IMG/VR virus record: IMGVR_UViG_3300035698_026924
Reading direction: 5' to 3' (one strand)
From: an uncultured virus (IMG/VR IMGVR_UViG_3300035698_026924)
Lineage: Duplodnaviria; Heunggongvirae; Uroviricota; Caudoviricetes
DNA length: 64,000 nucleotides
Below are positions 56,809-64,000 of this stretch, piece by piece. The notes below the pieces were generated by a model. The model had not been told where the DNA came from and did no database searches. It was given only the letters and a program-made list of their open reading frames with translations. The first letter of the stretch is position 1. Every line of letters begins with the position of its first letter. The translations under genes and the position numbers were made by a program.

Positions 56809-57973
56809 AAATTTAGAAAACCATCGATTAGTTAAAAAAATAATCGATGTTAATTATTATGAAATAAAGATTGAATGGAATTCTGGTATAAAAGAGAGAT
56901 TAGTTTTATTCAGATTTGAATCATATAAAAAGAGAATTGGAAGATATTTAAGGTCTCAAGTATATAGGCCACAATTTATGCCCCCAGCAACTTGGTGGGA
57001 AGATTTATCTAACGGATATAAAATAAATTACGGATTTAAAGACGATATTAACGAACTAGACAATGCTGGTGATTTCAAAAGTCTAATAAATTGGGATTGG
57101 AATGAATTTAAAAAAGGTGGTTTTTATGAAAGATTAATAACAATACACACAATACTAGAATTTTTTATAAAAAACGGTTGGCAACCAACTAAATATCCAG
57201 AAAACACCATAAACAACAGTCTTCAACTATCGTACAATGAAGATCTTAATTTATATTACAGCCATAGATCAAGATCTTACATAATGAGAAAATTCGGAAA
57301 CAAGGAAAGACCATCAGAAAAATTGCTAAAACATTTTTTACCTCTAGGGTTTGATGGAAATCCATCGCATTTATTTGACTGCAAAAATTACAACTCAACA
57401 AAAAGATTATATCTGGCAATAATGAATGTCATAAACAACAATAAAATTTTAGAATCTAAAGGTAAATTATTCAGACATGATTTTAATTATGAATCAGTCT
57501 TAAAAATGATAAGAAACAAATACGTCAAATCAAGAAAATTCAGATTATACAATTTCAGACAACCTGGGTTATATAGAAAAGTAATAAAAGATTTAGGATT
57601 AAGCGAATCGTCTTTTTACGACATTGATCCATTGATGGGTGAACTAGCAATCGCTGCTCACTTGGAAAAATGTCCTTATTATTTTAGGCCAACCTGCCCC
57701 TTTGATATGTATTTTGAAGGTATTAAAAAACATACAAACGCAGAATTTAATGAAGATGATTCTGGTCAATATGATTTTGGAATATTCGATAATAATAAAA
57801 AAGATGATCCATTAATATGGGAAGCAACAATCGACAATCTGTCTAAAAAAGTTGATACTGCAATATATTTTTCTTTTACTGGAGATATGTCATTTTTTAA
57901 AGATATACAAGAAGTAAGAAAATTTAGGTGGTACGGAAACACCAACAGCAGAATAGTAATTTGCCAACATTAA
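56780..57973 (+). CDS. Hypothetical protein with degenerate methyltransferase-like C-terminus
   Basis: NFRQPGLYRKVI...SFYDIDPLMGELAIAA resembles a decayed SAM-binding motif I. Confidence 0.45.
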   Translation: MEQAYRRLIKNLENHRLVKKIIDVNYYEIKIEWNSGIKERLVLFRFESYKKRIGRYLRSQVYRPQFMPPATWWEDLSNGYKINYGFKDDINELDNAGDFKSLINWDWNEFKKGGFYERLITIHTILEFFIKNGWQPTKYPENTINNSLQLSYNEDLNLYYSHRSRSYIMRKFGNKERPSEKLLKHFLPLGFDGNPSHLFDCKNYNSTKRLYLAIMNVINNNKILESKGKLFRHDFNYESVLKMIRNKYVKSRKFRLYNFRQPGLYRKVIKDLGLSESSFYDIDPLMGELAIAAHLEKCPYYFRPTCPFDMYFEGIKKHTNAEFNEDDSGQYDFGIFDNNKKDDPLIWEATIDNLSKKVDTAIYFSFTGDMSFFKDIQEVRKFRWYGNTNSRIVICQH

Positions 57974-57986
57974 TCAAATATATAGC

Positions 57987-58340
57987 ATGTCATTTAATAC
58001 TATCACAATAGAACGACGCCAACCAATTTTAGACAAAAAATTTGTCAAAATCCCTGGTGCAGAAAATCATGAATTACCACCAATAACTTATGATGAGGCG
58101 ATCGAAGGAATCAATACTCCTACCAATGGTGATGATGGCAGAGTTGGTCTACTAAATTTTGGCAACGGAAAAAGAAGAAATTTTTTACCTTTTTATCAAA
58201 AGAACTTGAATTTAGACTTTTTAACTTACGAAGTGGTAAACACTAAGGGTTATCCAATAAGCGCTGGTATTGGCCCTGTTGATGATATCCAACAGTCCAT
58301 CAGAGACATGGCATCAGCAAAATACAACATTAAACATTAA
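57987..58340 (+). CDS. Hypothetical protein, likely late/structural
   Basis: TCAAATATA upstream. Confidence 0.7.
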   Translation: MSFNTITIERRQPILDKKFVKIPGAENHELPPITYDEAIEGINTPTNGDDGRVGLLNFGNGKRRNFLPFYQKNLNLDFLTYEVVNTKGYPISAGIGPVDDIQQSIRDMASAKYNIKH

Positions 58341-58605
58341 TCAATTTTACTTTATCCCACGGCACCTTGTTGTCTTTGCCGCCAAGATCCAAAAGCATTA
58401 TTATTCTGTCACCAGCACTAAAATTATACGCAGGTTGTTTAAAATAATGGCCAATCCCTAAAACACATCTATTTTTACCATTATATAAAACAATTGATCC
58501 AACTTTGAATCCACTTCCTAAATATAAACCAGCGCAATTAAGCGCTGGCCTTACTTCCTCAACGTTATTTGACAATCGTACGCCACGTATTCTTGGATCG
58601 TGCAT
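58330..58605 (-). CDS. Hypothetical protein
   Basis: TAATG coupling with upstream gene. Confidence 0.65.
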   Translation of the reverse strand: MHDPRIRGVRLSNNVEEVRPALNCAGLYLGSGFKVGSIVLYNGKNRCVLGIGHYFKQPAYNFSAGDRIIMLLDLGGKDNKVPWDKVKLINV

Positions 58606-59174
58606 TAAAAATGTCTAGTGCCACGACCATACGAAACAGAACTAGTTTCAACTTTTATGACTTCTATGTATTTAGAAAGCAGTGAGTTAAATAAATCTTT
58701 TAAATCATTAGCGTTTTTGTTAACAATTTCATCAGGTTTTAAAGTGCCAGTATTATATGACTGACCAGTTTTAACTTGACTACTGCTTATTATAGTAACA
58801 TCTTCTGCAATCTTTTTAGGAGGATTAAAGATTGAATCACCAGAAGTATCAACACCTTCTGTGACTCTAGATCCTTTTACTGCCCCTCGTATTGTAATTC
58901 TTGATGGTTCGTTACCAAATTGTCTGGTGAACGCCACTGGAAACGAAAAATTGAAATCATATTCTGGATAATCAGTAGATCCTTCAACCAATGTCCTTAA
59001 ATCGTCTTCTACCAAATTAGCAACTTTTTGTTCAGCTCTATATCGTTCCCACCTATTACCAGCCATGGGATTAGTAGCAGTTTGAAGAAATCTTCCATAA
59101 ACAGTAAAAGGAACAAACAAGTTATGGTTTGTTATTGGGCTTGGACTAAAAGGCCCTGTTGACAGAATCGTCAT
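58605..59174 (-). CDS. Hypothetical protein, likely virion-associated
   Basis: 189 aa, GGAG RBS. Confidence 0.75.
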   Translation of the reverse strand: MTILSTGPFSPSPITNHNLFVPFTVYGRFLQTATNPMAGNRWERYRAEQKVANLVEDDLRTLVEGSTDYPEYDFNFSFPVAFTRQFGNEPSRITIRGAVKGSRVTEGVDTSGDSIFNPPKKIAEDVTIISSSQVKTGQSYNTGTLKPDEIVNKNANDLKDLFNSLLSKYIEVIKVETSSVSYGRGTRHF

Positions 59175-59189
59175 AGCTTCTCCAAAAAG

Positions 59190-59225
59190 TTGTGGCTTCC
59201 CTATATTTTAACAGGGAAGCCACAA
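59190..59225 (-). terminator. Intrinsic terminator-like hairpin
   Basis: TTGTGGCTTCCCT-10 nt-AGGGAAGCCACAA followed by a T-run on the minus strand. Confidence 0.8.
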
Positions 59226-59239
59226 AAAATCACTTTACA

Positions 59240-59668
59240 TTAGACGATTTCGACAAGACCACGGGGAGGAAGAGAATTCAGGCGAACATCTTCGTACAAG
59301 TCGTTGCCAGCTTCAGCTTCAACATTTTCAATGAAAACATCTTGGCGGGTGCCAACAAGCTTCTTGGGAAAGTCTAATGTGCCAGCATCAGGATCAGCAT
59401 TAACAGCAGCGAACATGTCGCCAACACTGGAACGAACGCGCTGGTTGACACTGACAGGCATGCCGTATCTCCATGCAGGGTTAGGACCTGGAGCACTAGC
59501 GCCAGTACTATCAAGAATTTGATAAACATCAATTTCTTCACCTGGCGTCATAACGACTTGTTCACCCAAACGCTGAGTGCGTTGCTTGACAGAATCAAAC
59601 AAACCGGATTCAACTCTTGTTCTGACTGTTCTGCGAACAGAAATCTGGGTATTTGCTGGTTGCGACAT
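59240..59668 (-). CDS. Hypothetical protein, probably abundant virion protein
   Basis: GGAGG RBS before MSQPANTQ; visibly GC-richer codons; own terminator. Confidence 0.75.
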   Translation of the reverse strand: MSQPANTQISVRRTVRTRVESGLFDSVKQRTQRLGEQVVMTPGEEIDVYQILDSTGASAPGPNPAWRYGMPVSVNQRVRSSVGDMFAAVNADPDAGTLDFPKKLVGTRQDVFIENVEAEAGNDLYEDVRLNSLPPRGLVEIV

Positions 59669-59761
59669 GATAACCTCCATGGCTCTTGGCCAAATGATTG
59701 ATTGATTGGTTGTATAATATATTTTCTGTAGCAAACAAGCAAAATTAAATTTGAAAACGAT

Positions 59762-60121
59762 ATGTCATATAGGATACTAATGTATAGCTATCACAAATAC
59801 AAATTGATGTTAGACAGTGAAATAAAAAGTTACTTAGAATTCGCATACAACCAAGAGGGTCATCAAATAAAAGAAATATCAGATTATCTTGGATGTAGCA
59901 AAGCAACAGTATCAAGATTAATGAAAAAATACAAAATACCAACTGAACTACATTCATCAAGAATTCCATATAAAAAGTACGGATTTGACAGCGTTGCTCA
60001 TTTGATGTTAACAATAGCAGAATGTCTAAAAGAAGACATGACTCAAGAAATTATCGCTGTTAATATAGGATGTAGCAGAAGAACTATAATAAGGCTATGT
60101 AAAAAGTTTAGTCTTAAATAA
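59762..60121 (+). CDS. Double-HTH DNA-binding protein
   Basis: IKEISDYLGCSKATVSRLM and TQEIIAVNIGCSRRTIIRL. Confidence 0.8.
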   Translation: MSYRILMYSYHKYKLMLDSEIKSYLEFAYNQEGHQIKEISDYLGCSKATVSRLMKKYKIPTELHSSRIPYKKYGFDSVAHLMLTIAECLKEDMTQEIIAVNIGCSRRTIIRLCKKFSLK

Positions 60122-60332
60122 TGCTTTCTATCATTGCTTGAAAACGAATCAGTGATTCTGATATAGCATCTGCTGCTTCTTTTCCATGTTTTTTAGAAAT
60201 GTCTTCATAATTCATTCCTCTTGTGTTACAAATATGCCAACTAATATACTCCATATCTATATCATTTATTGAATTGGCTAATTCTTTTATTTTATCTAAA
60301 CTATACCCCATATCTGACAACGTTTGTACCAT
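60114..60332 (-). CDS. Hypothetical protein
   Basis: AAGGAG RBS; TGTTACAAA upstream. Confidence 0.7.
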   Translation of the reverse strand: MVQTLSDMGYSLDKIKELANSINDIDMEYISWHICNTRGMNYEDISKKHGKEAADAISESLIRFQAMIESII

Positions 60333-60442
60333 ATCTTCTCCTTTACAATAATATTTGTACTACGCCTTTCTCCTAACAATTTGTAACAATAATGAACCAT
60401 CATGCAAGATCGTAAAGGTCTGACCAACAGTATTTAATAAAT

Positions 60443-61462
60443 ATGAAACATAACATAGAAATACTAAAAACTTCAAACGAAATGCACCATTGTTCATCCA
60501 TGGCTGTGACTAGAAATGGATATTTTATTGTATATTATCAAGGACAAGAATGTACTGATAAACAAAGAGTAATCATTTTGTACCGTGGCAGAAATGGCCA
60601 CCAAGAAACGTTAGAGCTAGAGTCAAAAACTGGCAATCCAATTGTGTGGGTAGAAGAAGACAGAGTAATGTTAATGTATTCTATCTTTACAGACGCAACT
60701 GAAGAAGGCACTAAAATAGACTTCGGAAAGTATTTGGTTCGAAGATGGATGCACTGCGACAATTACTTAGCTGAGATATCAATGGGAAATTCCTTACATA
60801 TAAAAAACGTTAAAAAGATAAATGGTGCTTATGGTTTGTTAGCAAGATGCCAGCCAATCCAAGTCAATAACACAACTCTTATACCATTATACAGAGAGAA
60901 AAATCCAGAGTGTCAAATATGGAAAAGTGATGGTGATAACATCGAATTATTATCAAAATTTGGCACCAATTCAACATCTTTAAAATCAAAATGTAAAGAA
61001 TTAGGATATGAATATGGCAATTTAGGAGAAGGAGCAGCGATTCAGCCAACACTAATATGTGCTGGTGGCAAAATACATGCATTTTGCAGAAATACATGCT
61101 TCAATAATGCAAGAAAAACATACGCTTGGTTAAGTACATCAAAAGACAATGGTTTAAATTGGTCTGATTTAGAAAAAATCAATGTGCCAAATCATCATAA
61201 TTCGTTGGTGGCCATACCCAAAGACGACGGCAGTTTTTATTTGGTAATCAATACAGATCCGCCAAGATCTAATATGATTTTGTACGACACTAAAACTGGT
61301 CACAGTATCCCGTTAAGTTCACCGATGTTTAACAAAAGAAATTCTTTTAGTTATCCAAATTACGCTTGGGATGAAGATACTTTACATATAATACATACCA
61401 ATTGTCAGCTAATAGCATGGCATAGCATTGACAAGGAATTTTTAAATGAAGCGTTTGGATAA
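60443..61462 (+). CDS. BNR/Asp-box sialidase-like beta-propeller protein
   Basis: GNPIV, IPLY, IQPTL, STSKDNGLNWS (Asp box), SYP. Confidence 0.8.
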   Translation: MKHNIEILKTSNEMHHCSSMAVTRNGYFIVYYQGQECTDKQRVIILYRGRNGHQETLELESKTGNPIVWVEEDRVMLMYSIFTDATEEGTKIDFGKYLVRRWMHCDNYLAEISMGNSLHIKNVKKINGAYGLLARCQPIQVNNTTLIPLYREKNPECQIWKSDGDNIELLSKFGTNSTSLKSKCKELGYEYGNLGEGAAIQPTLICAGGKIHAFCRNTCFNNARKTYAWLSTSKDNGLNWSDLEKINVPNHHNSLVAIPKDDGSFYLVINTDPPRSNMILYDTKTGHSIPLSSPMFNKRNSFSYPNYAWDEDTLHIIHTNCQLIAWHSIDKEFLNEAFG

Positions 61463-61784
61463 AGATTTACAAAAGATACAAGATAAAAAATCTTCTGGTG
61501 TTTGTATTAATAAACTTAGGTCTTTAGGTCTAATAAAAAAATCAATTAACTGTACATCAAGTTATCTAATTCCAGAAGGTGCTCCAAAATGGGCTGCAAA
61601 GTTTAAGTTTTGCAGAAAAAAGTATGGAGTAACGGAACACAAAGAAGAAAAATCAACGTGGATTTTAACTCAAAAAGGCAACAAGCGCTTAAAAAACAGC
61701 AAAAAAGACAAAAAAGAAGAAGTTGAAAAGTCTCCAGAGCCAACATCAGAGCCAACATCAGAGCCAGTAGCAGACAAAGATTAA
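61446..61784 (+). CDS. Hypothetical basic protein with EPTS repeats
   Basis: 112 aa; 12-bp tandem repeat near the 3' end. Confidence 0.65.
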   Translation: MKRLDKDLQKIQDKKSSGVCINKLRSLGLIKKSINCTSSYLIPEGAPKWAAKFKFCRKKYGVTEHKEEKSTWILTQKGNKRLKNSKKDKKEEVEKSPEPTSEPTSEPVADKD

Positions 61785-63991
61785 GTGTTATATCTAGTGT
61801 CTGCTACTGAGCCACCAAAGGAGCTGCCCATCATCATTTCATTCATAATGCTGTCAAGAGTTTGATTCATTTTGGTAAGTTCTTCTGAATCATCTTTGTT
61901 ATTTTCAATAATTGCTTCTTTAATGTCCGATAATATTTCTAACATTTCATCATCCCTACCAGATAATTCGCCTTCTATCTTAATATTTAAACCAGATTTT
62001 AATTCTTCAGCCATAGCTGAAGCTCTATTAGCAGCTATGCTCTTATCAGCTCTTATTTGAGCATTAGATGTAACATTAGCTATGTGCTGTATTGGTCCAG
62101 ATAACTTATACAATGCCTTTCTCAAATCCTCAGCATCATCAACATCAACGCCTAAGTCCATAGCTTTGGCTAAGTGCTCAACACCACGTGCCATGTCCCT
62201 AAATCCTCTACCTGCAGCTCCACCATTTTTAGACATAGAATTTATTGGAACAGAAAGTTTACCCATAGCCTTAGCTAATTGCTTGGCGTTTTCAACTTTA
62301 TCGCCAGTGAAAAATTCGATTATGCCACCCCTACTTAAGGCGCGACCCATAGTAACCAGACCATTACCTATAGCTCCGAATACTGCTGCACCTGTGGGAC
62401 CAATGCTAGCAATGCTTTCTATAGGGCTCTTCATTACTACCATTGCTTCTGCTAGTTTAGTAGCATTATCAACCATTCCGCTACTAAAGAATTCAATAAC
62501 AGCGCCAGTCATTAATGCGGATGCTATTTGTGATAATCCCCTGCCTATTATTCCAAATGAACTAGCAGCCTCTGGCCCCAATGCAGCCATGGCTGCAACT
62601 GGTTCTACTAATACATTTAGCGCAGCGCCCATACTGGATGCTGTAGAAACAAAATCACCACCTAAGAATTCCATTACTGCGCCTGCTGTCAAAGCAGTTC
62701 CAAATGCAATAAGCCCAGCAGATAAAGATACTAAATTTCTACCAGTTGATGATTTAATAAGTCCCAAAGCACCAGTAAACTTACCTAATGATGTTCCTAT
62801 TTTTACTAGCGAACCACTTGACTTAGACAACACCACAACAGCCGCTGCCACTCCAGCAGCGATTACTGGTAAAGCTGCCGCTCCAATTATTGCCGCTGGG
62901 GCCAAAAGAGCCAAAGCAGCCAAAGCAGCGGTAGCTATTAACAATCCAGCAACAACTATTCCAAGAGTCTCCACTTGGCTTGGGTCCATAGCACCAGCTG
63001 CTAATCCTAAAAGAGTAATAGCCCCAGCTAAAGCAGCGCCAACTGCTAATAGCGCTAAAGCGCCAAGTAACGCCGGAACTGCAATGAGGCCTATAGCAGC
63101 AGTTAAGGCAGTAGTTACCAACAATCCAGCAACCACTAAACCAAGCATGGCTGCTTTTTGTGGAGTCATTAACTTAGCAGATAATCCAAGTAAAGCTATG
63201 GCTCCAGCTAGTGCGGCACCAACCGCTAATAATGCTAAAGCACCAAGTAATGCTGGCCCTGCTACAGTGCCTATGGCAGCCGCAAGAGCAGTCGTGACTA
63301 CCAGTCCAGCAACTACCAGTCCAAGCATAGCTGCTTCTTCTGGGGTCATCATCTTAGCTGCTAATCCAAGTAAGGCTATAGCGCCAGCCAAAGCAGCGCC
63401 AACTGCAAGCATAGCTAAGGCACCAAGTAATGCCTGTCCTACCACAGCGCCTATACCAGCTGCAAGATATGAAGCGGTTATTATACCAGCAAGAATTACT
63501 AATAATCCTCCTATTCTGTCTGGCGGAATTAAAGTGGCAGCCATGCCTATTGCCGCTACACCAATGCCTAAGGCAATGCCAACAGCAGCGATACCTAAGG
63601 CAGCTTTAAGAGCTGCTGCTGGTTGAATTTCACATAATTTTTTGAAAAAATTAGCTATGGATTCACCCATCTTAGACATACCACCGCCAGATGCACCTTT
63701 GGCAGCACTGCCCAACCCTTTAACACTTGCTATAATGCTGGTAATTATCCCAGACAAGCCGAGTAATCCACCACCTATTCCCAAAACCCAGCCAGTCATG
63801 GAATTATCTTTTGCTATTGATGCTTGAGCTTCAACAAATTTCTCCATTTCAATAGCAACTTTTGAATATACTTTAGCTGTTTCTTCCATTACTTCCTGCA
63901 ATGAACGTTTACTATTCTTAGAAGCATCGGTCTGCGATTGTTCAGCTTTCTGCGCATCTTGCACTACTTTGAGAGCATCTTCATAAGACAT
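61781..63991 (-). CDS. Tape-measure-like Ala/Gly-rich hydrophobic repeat protein
   Basis: 736 aa, repeated ALLGALALLAVGAALAGAI.LLGL units, helical termini. Confidence 0.65.
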   Translation of the reverse strand: MSYEDALKVVQDAQKAEQSQTDASKNSKRSLQEVMEETAKVYSKVAIEMEKFVEAQASIAKDNSMTGWVLGIGGGLLGLSGIITSIIASVKGLGSAAKGASGGGMSKMGESIANFFKKLCEIQPAAALKAALGIAAVGIALGIGVAAIGMAATLIPPDRIGGLLVILAGIITASYLAAGIGAVVGQALLGALAMLAVGAALAGAIALLGLAAKMMTPEEAAMLGLVVAGLVVTTALAAAIGTVAGPALLGALALLAVGAALAGAIALLGLSAKLMTPQKAAMLGLVVAGLLVTTALTAAIGLIAVPALLGALALLAVGAALAGAITLLGLAAGAMDPSQVETLGIVVAGLLIATAALAALALLAPAAIIGAAALPVIAAGVAAAVVVLSKSSGSLVKIGTSLGKFTGALGLIKSSTGRNLVSLSAGLIAFGTALTAGAVMEFLGGDFVSTASSMGAALNVLVEPVAAMAALGPEAASSFGIIGRGLSQIASALMTGAVIEFFSSGMVDNATKLAEAMVVMKSPIESIASIGPTGAAVFGAIGNGLVTMGRALSRGGIIEFFTGDKVENAKQLAKAMGKLSVPINSMSKNGGAAGRGFRDMARGVEHLAKAMDLGVDVDDAEDLRKALYKLSGPIQHIANVTSNAQIRADKSIAANRASAMAEELKSGLNIKIEGELSGRDDEMLEILSDIKEAIIENNKDDSEELTKMNQTLDSIMNEMMMGSSFGGSVADTRYNT

Positions 63992-64000
63992 ATTGCTTTC

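Noticed and set aside
62082..63626. 514-aa plus-strand ORF
   Set aside because: Antisense shadow of the Ala/Gly-rich repeat gene; no RBS or independent features
1..64000. Genome-wide stop-codon reassignment
   Set aside because: Conserved enzymes are intact in code 11 and TAA, TAG and TGA all end genes, often with ATGA overlaps; only one isolated in-frame TGA was found
1..64000. tRNA, rRNA, integrase or transposase genes
   Set aside because: No cloverleaf or recognisable motifs seen by eye; a tRNAscan-SE run would be needed to exclude tRNAs fully

Overview
AT-rich, densely coding 64-kb segment of a large (jumbo-type, probably myovirus-like) dsDNA bacteriophage genome read in the standard bacterial code. 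No tRNA, rRNA, CRISPR array, integrase or transposase was seen. It carries nucleotide and DNA metabolism genes (class II B12-dependent ribonucleotide reductase, thyA, DHFR, dUTPase, DnaQ-like exonuclease, SF2 helicase, RarA-like ATPase, adenosine deaminase, HD hydrolase), a MoxR-like AAA+/VWA pair and a block of large Cys-rich virion-type proteins (collagen-like segments, a dockerin-like repeat, a T4 gp2-like protein, a tape-measure-like protein). Most notable: (1) a nucleotide-sugar and glycosyltransferase set (Gmd, Fcl, perosamine-synthase-like aminotransferase, PerB/NeuD-like acetyltransferase, two GT9-like transferases, a DUF115-like protein, a UDP-glucose dehydrogenase family enzyme) interleaved with structural genes, some with Ser/Thr-rich tracts, suggesting phage-directed virion glycosylation; (2) a sigma70-family factor with two zinc-ribbon insertions behind a host-type TTGACA promoter; (3) three recurring upstream motifs (TGTTACAAA, GTATTTWA, T[C/A]AAATATA) that partly sort with gene function; (4) two genes split at short homopolymers, an apparent chimeric gene and other recombination scars. 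Several proteins hint at a Planctomycetota/PVC host. All protein family calls are from motif recognition by eye, not database searches.
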